From: Octopus vulgaris
Taxonomy: Eukaryota
NCBI GenBank assembly: GCA_951406725.2
Contig: OX597816.1
Span: forward strand, 72,416,001 to 72,480,000
Direction of reading: 5' to 3'
DNA length: 64,000 nucleotides
A program made the position numbers and the translations under genes. Positions 13,961 to 27,779 of this stretch are shown in pieces. The stretch's first letter is position 1. The number at the start of each line of letters is the position of its first letter. The notes under the pieces were generated by a model that saw only the letters and a program-made list of their open reading frames with translations, was not told the origin of the DNA and did no database searches.

Positions 13961-14598
13961 GAGAGACAGAAAGAGAAATAGAAGAGAAATAATAAATGGA
14001 AAAACAAGAAGAGTAAAAAATATGTAATTGAAGACGCCTGTCATTTAAAGTCGATTGCTAACAAGATTTTTGTTGAACGTTGCCATCCTCGGATTCAGTT
14101 TAACAGCCCGCCTCTCCAACCGTTGTTACCGCCTCGCAGTTGCCTTGCAGCCACCTCACAGCCGGTTCACAAATCTCTTCGCTACCGCCCCGTTGCTGCC
14201 TCACGCCCGTCTCTTAACACGCGCACACACACGCCCGTCGCTGCTTCTCAGCCGTTCCCAATCAGAATTGCCTCGACGTGGAACCCCTGTCTCCATTTCA
14301 CACAGCGCAACGAATTTTACCAGCAACAGTAGACGAAGCATTTACAATGTTAATTCAATCCTTTGCTTTTTTTTTTTTTACTTAATCCCTAGAAAACTTG
14401 GGTACCGTGGGGAAAAGAAGGAAGACGTGGTTTACTTAATGTAGGCAGGTGATAAGGGACAGACACTGCATGCGTAAGATAATGAGCATGTTGCCGTTAC
14501 GTTGCGTTCAAACTTTCACTTTTAAATGAATGTTTCACCACTTTCACTCTCTTTCTTTTTTCCATTTCTCCTCCCTATCTCCCTCTCTTCCTCTACCT

Positions 14599-14640
<42 letters not shown>

Positions 14641-14903
14641 CCTTCTTGTTCTTTTAGTTCTCACTGATTAACTTTGTGTGCTGCGAGTAAAATGTGTTTC
14701 CTTTCAATTGATGTTTATATTAAAAACAGACTAAATTGAGATACTTAAAAGGAGTAAAGATGTTTAATTCATTCACGAGAAGGAGGAGGAGGAGGAGGAG
14801 GAGAAGAAGAAGAAGAAGAAGAAGAAGAAGAAGAAGAAGAAGAAGAAGAAGAACAACAACAACAACAACAACAACAACAGCAACAACATGAACAGCAACA
14901 ATA

Positions 14904-14970
<67 letters not shown>

Positions 14971-15969
14971 AGGTGTCAACAGCTATTTCTTTTACGGCAC
15001 CATCCGACACCAGAACTTCTACCAATCAAGTCGTTCCATCATCTAAAAAACAAGTCGAATTCTCTTCGGGTCACACAATAAAGTGGCAGGGAGCGTACTG
15101 GAGAATGTAAATGCGTTTAGCGATACAAAAATATCGGATGATCAAGGATAGAATGTTTTTGTTCATAGATTCAAGTGATGAGAGCTCACCCGAGTCTAAA
15201 CAACGGCAAATACAACACCCAATAGCATCAACAACGACTATCGTCACAACAAGAGTACACCTATAGTTGTTTAGCCACTTTGCCCATAGTTTAGCCACTT
15301 TGATCACGGCGGACCTATGATCAAAGATATTCTAGCCGCGATCAGCTTTTCTTTCGAGTGGAGGACTAGGGTAAGATATGGCTTGGGGTAGATTTGGTTG
15401 CTATTTCTAGTTGATCGAGCGAACACATAGCGGCACATCGCTGTTTGTCAAGTTTGTTAGTTTTGTTAAGTCCTTGGTTGTAACTGATCGAGTCAACTCT
15501 TACCTATGGTGTCCCGGCCATGTCGGGGCGGAAGGGGTTAGAAGAAATTAATAAGAAAAATAGCGAAATATTGGTTTCAAATTTAGGCACAAGATCAGCA
15601 ATTTCGGAAGGTTTGGGTGGGGCGGCAAGTCGATTACATCAACTCCAGTACATAACTGGTACTTAATCAATTCCGAAAGGATGAAAGGCAATGTTGGACT
15701 CGGTGGAATTTAAACACAGAACATAAAGAGAGACGAAATGTCTCTTAAGCATTATGCCCGGCGTGATAACGATTCTGTCAGCTTGCCACCCTTAAAGGGG
15801 CAAAAACATTAGTCAATACCAATCTGTCGTTCTTTGATAATATCCAGCACATAAGCGGCGAGCTGGCAGAAACAAAGAAGAGTCAAAATGTAATGCAAAT
15901 TTCATTGGCATTACATTTTGACTTATCCTATTGTCTATATGAGGGTAAGTTACAGAGTAAAGCAAATCC

Positions 15970-16202
15970 CTATTTCATTACTACCCAGAAGGGGCTAAAC
16001 ACAGAGAGGACAAACAAGGACAGACAAACGGATTAAGTCGATTAGATCGACCCCAGTGCGTAACTAGTACTTAATTTATCGACCCCGAAAGGATGAAAGG
16101 CAAAGTCGACCTCGGCGGAATTTGAACTCCGAACGTAACGGCAGACGAAATACCGCTAAGCATTTCACCCGGTGCGCTAACGTTTCTGCCAGCTCGCCGC
16201 CT
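15970..16202 (-). mobile_element. SINE family B
   Basis: Head and core match 12057. Confidence 0.9.
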
Positions 16203-16312
16203 TCGTTCTTTTTCTATGGGGAGTCGAAAACAAAGGGTAGGCGAATTCTCATGTTTGAAAATATTTAAGAGGGTTTTCAACTAATTATACTTGCCTAAAA
16301 CGATGTCAAAAC

Positions 16313-17008
16313 CAGTGGTGGCTCGTAGATAAAATTAGTTGGGATTGTTGCTTCAGAAAATTTTTAGCCGTTGCTTTAATATTATGTAAAAGGAAACAAA
16401 CATATAAAAAGAAAATTTATACATAAACTTGATCGGTTCGCGTTTTAGTTACTGCCGGGTAGTGTGTTTAATTTGTTCACAGAACAACGCTGCAAATTCC
16501 CTCTTGTTCTTCAAAAATCCCCCATAATCACAAAATAAGTGGGGTGGGGGAATGTTCCCTATTTTTCAAATCCTGGCCGAAACACTGAATCTGGAAGCAG
16601 GATAATAATTTAATTCTACGCTTTATTACATTCAATAATATAAACACGTTTTTAAGCACAACACACTTGGAGTCAAAAAGAAACACTACCTTTCATCCGG
16701 CACTGTCCTTCACGCAGTGCTCTCTCTCCCTAGTGTGAAGTTTCCTATCTCGGACATGTAAGCATGCGCACAACAGCCAAACACTGTGTCGCTGGAACTG
16801 TGAAGGGCACAATTCTATTCAAGGATTTTTGTATTTTTTTCATAAAGTAGGGGATGGCTACTGACATTAAGCTTAAGGATTATATAATGTACAAGTATAA
16901 AGAAAGAATTAAAGAAGAAAGGACTCGTTATATTGAATGTTATCGATAATATCGAGTGGAAATAGGGGGTGCTGCAGTTCCGTAGTGCCTATACGCGAGC
17001 TGCCACTG
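16313..17008. mobile_element. Non-autonomous hAT-like DNA transposon
   Basis: Imperfect TIRs CAGTGGTGGCTCGT / GCGAGCTGCCACTG and an 8-bp TSD GTCAAAAC (16305-16312) / GTCAAAAT (17009-17016). Confidence 0.8.
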
Positions 17009-17153
17009 GTCAAAATAGAAGAATTGTAGGGAAATAAATTCAATCTTGTATTCTCGTTAATAAACTCACACGTTGTGGGAGGGGCAAAATCTTTCGTTTT
17101 TTTTCCCCCCGTAGGAGACGTGGCACTTATTAGTTTCAGAAACCCTGATTTAA

Positions 17154-17372
17154 CCCTTGAACATTCAAACTGGCCATATCAGGCCGAAAAATTCTTTCTG
17201 TTTTATGTTCAAGTAACCAAATCGAGCCTCTCGCATCTACCTTATAGTGTAATTCTAAAAATAAGCAATTATATCATCAAAATCTCAAAGCTATGAAATA
17301 ATGCAAAATTAATTTAAAACAATGCGAATAATTAAGCATTACATTTGACAGAATAATCTGAATGCTAAAGGG
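17154..17372. mobile_element. piggyBac-like MITE
   Basis: TTAA|CCCTTGAACATTCA ... TGAATGCTAAAGGG|CCAA inverted termini; the right TTAA is degenerate. Confidence 0.55.
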
Positions 17373-17751
17373 CCAAGGAAAACTATTTGTGCTATTTTGC
17401 GATGGCCGAACAATCATGCAGAGGATCCTTCACCTCATTGACTTATCTTTTCCCTTTTTCCGTTACATTGCTAACTAAAAAATTATCGATCTCGAAAATA
17501 TGAAAGGTGAAGTTGATTTCAGCAGGGTTTGAATTCATAACTCAAAGATTCGGAATAAAATATTACGCGATGCATTCTAATCAACATTCTTATTACGTTG
17601 CCAGTTAGTCACGACGAAAAAATGAGGAGTTTCTTCAGAAGTTTCTAAACAAATGGATCTTTAAATATCCAGAAATCCCACTTCTATTGTGGTGGTAAGA
17701 AACGAGCTATTAATATGTTTTCTAATTTTGGCACCAAGTCAGCAGTATTCT

Positions 17752-18350
17752 CTTCTACTCTAGGCACAAGACCTGAAATTTTGGGGGAGGGGGCCGGTCG
17801 ATTAGATCGACCCCAGTACGCAACTGGTACTTAATTTATCGACCCCGAAAGGATAAAAGGCAAAGTCGACCTCGGCAGAATATGAACTCAGAACGTAACG
17901 CTCAATCTGTCAATGTCAGAAATATATATTTTTCTACTCTAGGCACAAGACCCGAAATTTTGAGTGAGGGGGCTGTCGATTTGATCGACCCCAGTACGCA
18001 ACTGGTACTCAATTTATCGACCCCGAAAGGATAAAAGGCAAAGTCGACCTCGGCGGAATTTGAACTCAGAACGTAAGGAGTTGGAAAAAATTCCGGTAAG
18101 AGTTTTGTCCGGCGTGTTATAAATTCTGACAGTTCGCCACCTTTATATACGATAATGGTTTCAAACTTTGGCACAAGGCCAGCGATTTGGGTGGGGGACC
18201 CCAGTGCTCAACAGGGACTTATTTTATCGACTCCGAGAGGATGAAAGGCAAAGTCGACCTCGGTGAAATTTGAACTCAGAATTTAAAGACAGACGAAATG
18301 TGACTAAGCATTTGGCCCAGTGTGCTAACGATTCTACCAGTTCGCCGCCT

Positions 18351-18351
<1 letters not shown>
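17752..18351 (-). mobile_element. Cluster of three SINE family B copies
   Basis: Family core at about 17835, 18015 and 18225. Confidence 0.88.
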
Positions 18352-18405
<54 letters not shown>

Positions 18406-18478
18406 ACTACTGCTGCTGCTGCTGCTGCTACAGCTGCTGTTGCTACTACTACTGCTGCTGCTGCTGCTACTGCTGCGG

Positions 18479-18529
<51 letters not shown>

Positions 18530-18570
18530 ATAATAATAATAATAACAAAAATAGCAATGCTAATAAATTG

Positions 18571-18840
18571 TCCTTATGCAGTACAAAGTAGTGGTTCTCA
18601 TGGCTTTTGATCTTAACTGATTGGAAGTGTTGTTATGTACCTTGTTGTGTCCAGGTATAAAAGATGGACTACAACAAATATTCTAGTCAATACCACAGAT
18701 CTGTTTGTCAGTTGCTTGACCGTAGGCAGTTGAGCATATCCCTTGGTGGCTGACGATATGTGCATCTTTGATCCCGAGCAGAAGTAGTTGGGGAGCATCA
18801 TAGCCATGTGTTAAGAGGAATTCTTTGGGGTTTAAATAAT
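18571..18840. repeat. Partial copy of the (AAT)n-flanked element at 35370-35923
   Basis: Shared GATCTTAACTGATTGGAAGTGTT...GGCTGACGATATGTGCA...GAGCAGAAGTAGT. Confidence 0.85.
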
Positions 18841-19665
18841 AACGTGTACGTGAATTTAAACATGAACACATCTCATCTGATGGGAGGGAAGTATTCTCCG
18901 AAGACGAAATACAACAACAAGTAGCATATTTCGCGCACCGCCCTATCAGGAAATCGAAAACACCGAGCTTGTGATCGTGAATGCAGCACCTTAACCACTA
19001 ACCACTGGGCCACGCGCTTGAATTCTTTCGGAGTCGGTAAAATAACAGTTACCGGTCAAGCACCGGAGTCGGTGTGATCGACTTAGCCTCTTCCTTCAAA
19101 ATTACTGACCTTGTACCAAGATTAGAAACGAATTATCATTATATTATCGATATCGTTATCATCGTCCCCATTCTTGTCCGCATTCTGCATCCTACTCCTT
19201 CTTCTCACCAATCATTTTCTCTCTATACAACATCAATAATATCATCATCATCATCATCATCATCCACAACAACAACAGCAACTATACAAGCAACAACAAA
19301 AATAACAAGTCTTTTCTTTTCTTTGTTTTTTTTTTTTTTTTTCAATTTTTATTTCAATTTTATTGCGCTCTCGACTTGACTAGCTATTTCGTCGTTCAAT
19401 TTTATGTAGAAAATATTATTCAGAAAGCAAAATAAGCAGCCACTGCGAATAATTCTTTCATTAATCGCTATTAGCAACGAGAAATGCATTCAAGCACACT
19501 ATTCTTAGATTTTTCCATCGTTGACCTTTTGCGTAGCACTCTCTTAAATTGGTCATTAATAGACTTCGAACGTGTGTGTTGTGGGGTGTGGGGGGACGGG
19601 GAGAACAAAAACTAAATAAATAAATAAATAAAATAAACCATTCGTACTGAATCAATATATATATT

Positions 19666-19760
<95 letters not shown>

Positions 19761-19897
19761 ACATACACATGTATATATGCATACATATGTGTAGGTTATT
19801 TGAAAAATTTTAATCCAAGCGCGCGCATACACTCACATATACACATATATGTATATACAGTATACACACGTACATATACATATATGTGTGTATACAG

Positions 19898-19937
<40 letters not shown>

Positions 19938-19995
19938 GCGTGTGTATGTGTGTGCACACATGAATATATAAATGAAACTATGTACATATACATTA

Positions 19996-20178
19996 TTTTA
20001 TTCTTTTATTTGTTTCAGTCATTTCACTGCAGCCATGCTGGAGCACCGCCTTTACTCGAACAAATCGACCCCAGGACTTACTAAGCCTAGTACTTATTCC
20101 ATCGGTTTCTTTTGCCGAACCGTTAAGTTACGGGGACGTAAACACACCAACATCGGTTGTCAAGCGATGGTGGGAGTA

Positions 20179-20220
<42 letters not shown>

Positions 20221-20386
20221 CGACGGGCTTCTTTCAGTTTCCGTCTACCAAATCCACTCATAAGGCCTTGGTCGGCCCGAGGCTATAGTAGGAGTCACCT
20301 GCCCAAGGTGCCACGCAGAGTGAGACTGAACCCGGAACCATGTAGCTGGTAAGCAAGCTATTTACCACGCAACCACTCCTGCGCCT
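19996..20386 (-). mobile_element. SINE family A
   Basis: Matches 8848-9262. Confidence 0.9.
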
Positions 20387-20404
20387 ATATATTTATGCAT
20401 AAAA

Positions 20405-20638
20405 GATAAAGACCACCTTTGGTCATGAATGACAATAGGATTGCACCTAGAAAGTTACCCTCCGAGGAACAAGTCCGGGCATGGTTGTCTATGAAAGACC
20501 AGCAGTCTCCCATGCATACCAGTCACCCTTCTCCACGTTTAGTAGTTAGAGCATCGGGTCTACAATTATGAGGTAGGGGTTCGACTCCCGGACCGGGCTG
20601 TGTGTTGTGTTCTTGAGCCAGACACTTTATTTCACCCT
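20405..20638. mobile_element. SINE family C with a 5'-inverted head
   Basis: Tail T3 on - strand (20405-20537) abuts head H2 on + strand (about 20538-20638). Confidence 0.7.
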
Positions 20639-21624
20639 TTATATTAATGCAAAGTGTATAAGTATGCATATATGCATGTGTGTATGCTTGTGTGTGTGTG
20701 TGTGTGTGTGCGTGTGCGTGCGTGTGCGTGCGTGTGTGTGTGACGCAAATAAATCTAAGTCGGTTTTGAGAATTATTACCCGGTTGTTCGATCCATTAAA
20801 CTGGCTGGTCATTGAACTAGCTCCTAAGTGTACTTCTCCAGACACTTTCCATCCCACATGTATCTTCCTGTTTAGTCCGACCCTCCCGAAATATAACAAT
20901 ATCTGTTTCAACACACGATTTCACATCGGGAATCTTACAAAACATATAGAGAAACATATATATACATAGGTGCGTGTATGTATATATTTATATATATATG
21001 GGGGGGGGGGGGTCAGTGTGTGTGTGTGGGTGCATGCGTGTGTATGGAGTGGCTGCGAACGTGCTTGTGCACGTGTACGTAATAGACATAGCATGGCCGA
21101 ATGGCTAAGAAATTTACTTTGCAATCACGAGAACCTGAGTTCGATCTTTTGGCGAAGTGTATCTTTTACCATATCCTCGGCGCAACCTAGACTTTTGGTT
21201 GGAATTCGATAGGCGGGAAATTCCTGGAAACTCATCGAATGGATTATACATGTAATTCAGCAGTTCAACTTTGTCACACGTCCCAGTTATTCCGCCTGAG
21301 AATTAAGGGCACTAGTGTCTATGGAATATTCAGCCACTTAGAAGATAGTTCAATGACCAGCCTGTTTAATGGATCGAACGACCGGGTAAAAGAATAATAA
21401 TCATATCTACCTTAAGCCCCAAACCTGAAATTTTGAGGGAGAGGACTAGTCGATTGCATCAACCCCAGTATTCAACTGGTACTTATTTTGACTGACTCTC
21501 TAACTATTCTGCCAGCTCGCCGGCTTAGAAAGGCGAGTAATAACTAGAGAATTAGTTTCCAACGTGGACACACAGACATGAATTTTTATTGTGGGAAGTT
21601 GTACAGTAGAATATTATTAATTAG

Positions 21625-21943
21625 TACTCCATCGGTTACGACGACGAGTGTTCCAGTTGATCCAATGAACAAATCAGCCTGCTCGCGAAATTAATGTGCA
21701 AGTGACTGAGTATTCCACAGACACGTGTGCTCATAACGTAGTTCTCAGGCAGATTCAGCGTGACAGAGAACGTGATCAGGCCGCACCTTCTAAATACAGG
21801 TACAACTCATTTTTGCCATATTAGTAGACTGGAGCAACGTGAAATAGAATGTCTTGCTCAATGACAACACGGCGCCGGGAATCGAACTTATGACCTTACG
21901 ATTGCGAGCCGAATACCCTAACCACTAAGCCACACGTCTTCAC
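21625..21943 (-). mobile_element. Chimeric SINE (head H2 + tail T1)
   Basis: Tail matches 38040-38218; head matches 11560-11687. Confidence 0.8.
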
Positions 21944-22749
21944 ACGGTAGGATATACGTACTCCAATACTCAAGTGGTACTTTATTTTAACGACCTCGTT
22001 AAAAATGAGAGTTGAAAGGTTGACTTCATCGAGGTTCGAATTCAAAACTACGGAGACCACTCCTTCCTTCCTTCCTTCCTTCCTGCCCATAACAACAACA
22101 ACAAAAGTCAACAACATCAACAATAACCAATATGACCACCACTACCACCACCGCTACCAAAATATAATGCAGCTTAAATACCATTCAACAGATGGTCCTT
22201 GTAGAAAATTATTTATACATACAATACCCTTATATCAATATCCGCTGATATTAACCGCTATTCTGTTTAACGTGACCTCCTGTGTCCGGATTTTTAAAAG
22301 AATACCTTCGAATTCTGAATAAAGATAAAGAGATTTCACTATATTCATCCAGGTGTCTATGTCAGATGCATATACAACCTTTGTTTCTTAAATTTGATTT
22401 GCTTAGACGCATATTTCCTCTGTAATGGTGGTGGTGGTGGTGGCAGTAGTGATAATGGTGGTGGTTTTGGTGGGGGTTCTTGTAAGTCTATAATGTCTCT
22501 GTGTTGATCCGTCTCCATGTCTGTGTTGCCGGATCCCTTTATTTAACTGTTTTGGAGTGGGGGGGAGGAGGTCTATAATTTTTTTCCAAGCGGTTAAATC
22601 TCTGAGTATTTGTGTTTTAAAGTAATGTACCTACCTTGGCTCATATATTCGTGTGCACACGTACACATACATACTGCTACAAATACACTCATCTGCACAA
22701 GGACTCACAAATACACACACACACATATACACACATAGACATACACGCA

Positions 22750-22875
22750 TGAAGAGCGTAGGCTCGAAACGTTAAAGACTTGTTTTATTTATATTTCCTG
22801 AGCGCCATACTAATACAATTGTTTGTTTGTTTTCCACCTGCCTTCGTCTTTTGTCTATTTTCATAAAGCTTCCCG

Positions 22876-22877
<2 letters not shown>
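22750..22877 (+). mobile_element. Penelope-like pLTR fragment, 5'-truncated inside the HHR motif
   Basis: TGAA GAGC GTAG GCTC GAAA CG TT AAAGAC; ends in (TA)n; homologous to 9283-9465. Confidence 0.65.
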
Positions 22878-22943
<66 letters not shown>

Positions 22944-23289
22944 GGATGGATGGATGGATGGATGGATGGATGGATGGATGGATGTATACATATATATATA
23001 CATATATATATATATATTCTTTTATTCTTTTAATGGTTTCAGTCGCTGGGCTGCGACCATGCTGGAGCACCGCCTTAATTATTTTTTTACTTTAATTTAA
23101 AAATGTATCTATTTATTTTAGTTTTCAAGACTATTGAAAAGGTTGCAAGACGCAATGAAAATAAAGAATAAGTGGAAATTTTACCGGTGAGTGTGTTAAA
23201 TTATAAGGCACAAAAGAAAATGATTCTCCCCAGGCACAACAGAATATGCTTCAAAACACGAACTCGCATAAAGAATCTTGCAAACCAAA

Positions 23290-25140
23290 TCCCAAAACGA
23301 GATATTTTAGTTTTGTTGTCGATTTATTATTGACAGTTGGTCGATGATCGAGTTTGTAGTTGCTGTTTGTTTGTTTGTTTGTTTGTTGAGCGAAGCGGTC
23401 TTCGTCCCAGTGGGAGAAGTCCGAAACGTGGCCCTTTACTATTCGTAAGACCCGCAGAAGAGAAAGCAGGTCAACCCCCGACACCGAGAGCATCGACGGA
23501 TGGATGAATGCGCATCCAGGCTCAGCGTTTGCGTAGGAAGTCGGGAACAAGAAACAGGAAGAAAGAATGAGAGAAAGTTGGGGCGAAAGACTACAACAGG
23601 GGTCGCCACCACCCGCTGCCGGAGCCTCGTAGAGCTTTAGGTGTTTTCGCTCAATAAACATACACAACGCCCGGTCTGGGATCGAAACCGCGATCCTCCG
23701 ACCGCGAGTCCGCTGCCCTAACCACTGGGCCATTGCGCCTCCTGTACTTGCTGTTCTCCCCTGAGTGTATCCTTGAATGGTTGGTTGGTCCGGTTCCCTT
23801 GTTAGGAGTTCATCCCATGCTGTTTTGAAAGTTTCAGTAGAGGTCCCTTTTATATTTCTAATCTCTTTGGATAAGCAGTTGACTACTTGAGGACCCCTGA
23901 ACATTAACTGTTACAGTAGAAGTTTTGCCCGTGAGTTTGAAGATGGTATATTTGGAAGCTGACAATTCCTGCCAGTTCGAGCATTAAAATTCGCTTTAAT
24001 GCCGATCCTCCAGGATCTTCCATACGTATATGATAATATATCTCTCTCTCTTCGGCGTTCAAGAGAGTAGAGACGCAGGGCTGTTAGGCGTTCCCAGTAA
24101 TTAAGGTAATTAACCGAAGTTATTTTACTGGTGAATGTTCTTTGTAACCCTTCAATTTCTTCTATGAGACCGGGTGAATTTGGAGACCAAAGCTGTGAGC
24201 AGTAATCTAATCTGCTCAGAAGAAAGGTTTCCCATAGAGCTAGCATAACTACCAGTGCTCTTGCCGTGAAAGTTCGTTGGATCCATCCTATGAAATGTCT
24301 GCATTTAGAATTCAGTTTGGTGATGTGATAGATGAAAGATGCATCATTTGCTGGTGAATGTTCTTTGTAACCCTTCAATTTCTTCTATGAGACCGAGTGA
24401 ATTTAGAGACCAGAGCTGCTCAGACCTAAGGTTTTCCATAAAGCTAGCATAACTACCAGTTCTCTTGTCGTGAAAGTTCGTAGGATCCAGCCTATGAGAT
24501 GTCTGCATTTAGAAGTCAGTTTGGTGATGTAAATGATGAAAGATGCATCAACTGACATGAATATTCCTAAATCCCGTATGCGGGCGGTGCTCTGAATCAT
24601 TGTATTATCTGGCGCCAAATATTGGGATTTGTATCTATTCCTTCCATAATGAAGGGCCTGAAATTTTGATGTATTAAATTTCATATTATTTTTATCCGCC
24701 AATTGAAAAATGACGTTTTGGTCATTTTGGAGCGTGATGGTTTGGATAGCCGTTTATATTGTGTCGTCAGCGTAACTCATTAGGTTGGCTGGTTGCACTT
24801 GTGAGCTTATGCCTGATAGGGTTATGGTAAATAATAATGGTCCTAGAACCGTACCCTGAGGTATACCACTTATTACGGGTGACTTTGCTGAGAGGTGACC
24901 GTTAGCAGCAACGGATCTTGAGGAAAACAACCTCTTAGATAATACACAGCATGGTTTTCGGACTGGACAAAGTTGCCTGACATAACTATTACAACACCGT
25001 AGCACTATCCTCAATAATCTCCTGAATGGAATGGACACTGACTGCATATACCTTGACTTTACTAAAGCGTTTGACAAGATTGATCATGGAATCATCTGTC
25101 ATAGGATAAGGGATCTTGGCATATTAGGAAAACTTGGAGA
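23290..25140 (-). mobile_element. CR1/L2-like LINE ORF2 fragment (RT and C-terminus) with a 5' inversion and an internal duplication
   Basis: - strand SGIPQGTVLGPLLF, YADD, MKFNTSKFQALHYG, RLDYCSQLWSP, YWERLTALRLYSLERRRER. + strand 24914-25140 encodes QHGFRTGQSCLT...YLDFTKAFDKIDH. Confidence 0.9.
23368..23742 (-). mobile_element. SINE family D (tail T2) inserted into the LINE
   Basis: TSD TGTAGTTGCTGTT (23355-23367) / TGTACTTGCTGTT (23743-23755); (AAAC)n tail. Confidence 0.92.
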
Positions 25141-25196
25141 ATGCTTCTTTGATTTCCTATGGGATAAGAATCAATCAATATAATATATTGTCTCTA

Positions 25197-25270
<74 letters not shown>

Positions 25271-25277
25271 CTATCTA

Positions 25278-25349
<72 letters not shown>

Positions 25350-25506
25350 TGGAGAAGTATATGATTGTATTCACAGCTACATAGATAAATTAATGGGTGA
25401 CTTGTTAAATGGATATAGATAGATAGAAAGATATATAGATAGATAGGTAGGTAGATAGATAGATAGAGAGAGAGGGGGGGGGCAGATAGACAGATATAAA
25501 TATATA

Positions 25507-25567
<61 letters not shown>

Positions 25568-27214
25568 GGATAAATAAGTGGATAAGCAAATAGATAGGGC
25601 AATAAATTGATGAGTAGATAGATATAGACAAAGGCAGAGAGCTACTATGTGAACACACACACACACACACACACACATACATATGTATACTCACATGCAG
25701 TGAGAGAGAGAGAGGGAGAGAGAGAGAAACAGAGAGAGAGAGAGAGAGACAGAGAGAGAGAGAAACAGAGAGAGAGCGCGGAAGAAAGTGAGACAGATAG
25801 ATAAGTCGATAGACAGATTGATACATAGACACACAGAGATACATAAATAGATAGTTATAGATGAACGCGTTTATGGAGGCGCGTGTCGTTATGTGTAGAC
25901 AGCAGACTTTTACTTATATTCATGAAATTATTGTACAAATATTCGTTTATATTCGCCCAAATCTGTGCGCAAGCACGTATTCACCGACGCAGTCACATAT
26001 CCATAAATTTAGGCCCCCACGTCTCTCTCTGTTGGAGCAGTGTCATGTTTATTCATGATGATTGGATTAAAACTCTCCGAGGCATATTGCAAGAATAAAT
26101 TACACTCTCTCGAACATATGTGAGTCTCAAACACACCTCAAAATACGGTCGCAGACGCACAAGCACATACAGAAAAGCGCGGGTAAATACATGCATATAC
26201 ATACATAGATACATACACACAGACAGACATATGTAGACCTAACACACACACACACACATGTATGCACACACACACACACACACACACATGTATGCGCACA
26301 CGCACGCATGTATACAGACACACGTATGATTCTTATGCAAATTATGTCTATGCCGCTTTGTCACGAAAATCTACATTACACTGGTATATACACAGCTACA
26401 TATATATATCCACACACATGAACATACATGCATATACATATATACATACATACATACATACGTACGTACAGACACACACACAAACACACACACACATATA
26501 TATATATATGTATGTATGTATACATATGTATATGTATGTATATATATATATACATACGTTATATATATATATAGGCATGTATGTGTGTATATATATACAT
26601 GCACATGCATGCAAATACATATAAATGTATACACATCTATATAGACATGCATGCGCACACGTTCATACACATATACAAATATACATTGATATAATAATGC
26701 GGAAAGCAATTGCATTTAAAAGAGAGAGAAAGAGAGAAAGAACGAAAGAACGAGAGATTCGCAAAGAGAGGTGAGAGAAGGAAAGAGAGGTAGAAAGACT
26801 AAGAGGCTGACAAAACTATTTTATGCTTTTGATTCCCCATCTTATCTCAACAGCCTTCATTTCACCCTATTTCCCAGTGATGAATTGCCCAATAGAGGTG
26901 GCTTCCGGTGCAGCAGCGAATGTTATTGCTCGCCATGTTGGTGTTTCCGATAACCAAACATGTTGGACCGGAAACGAGTATCCTTTTTGCTTTTAAGTGA
27001 AACTATCGTAGAATGTGTTCGATCCTTCTCATCTCGGCTAATTCTTCAATTAGGCATGTCCTCCTAACTTTATATTTTTCTAGATATTTCTTTTTGTATT
27101 TCATTCTTATTCACTTTTTGTTTCTCCCTCTCTCTGTCTCCCCGATTCCTTATCTTCCTATCTAACTCTCTTCTCTCTCCCTTCTCTTTCTTTCTTTCTT
27201 TCTTTCTATCTGAC

Positions 27215-27307
<93 letters not shown>

Positions 27308-27428
27308 CCACTATCTATTAAATAAACGTTTAAATTCATATAAAGCATACATACAGACAGACATAAATATCAAATTTTCTCCTTTTCGTTAGATCCAATA
27401 TTCTGTATCGGGAATAAAAAATTTTTTT

Positions 27429-27471
<43 letters not shown>

Positions 27472-27509
27472 ACATCCTACGTAAAGCACTTTCAATACAG
27501 TAAAAATAA

Positions 27510-27597
27510 GAGCATCACAACAAATCACAGCACATACCCATAGCACACAGAGCAGCGCTAGGTAGTGTGCTGAAAACACATGATAAAATTAAGACTA

Positions 27598-27600
<3 letters not shown>
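27510..27600 (+). mobile_element. 5'-truncated 3' UTR copy of the R4/Dong-like element, ending in (AAT)n
   Basis: Matches 35176-35268 (AGAGCATCACAACAAATCACAGCACATACCC...ACTACTG AATAAT). Confidence 0.85.
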
Positions 27601-27670
<70 letters not shown>

Positions 27671-27779
27671 TAATAGCAGCTGGACGTGTTTTTCGCTGTA
27701 CTGACCTGTCAGCAGCTGAAGACGCAGAAACACTTATACAACCCAGCAGGACAACTGAAAACTAACTCCCAAAGACTGG

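Noticed and set aside
27712-27740. CTGAAGACGCAGAAAC
   Set aside because: Only 4 nt between the core boxes and no stem I.
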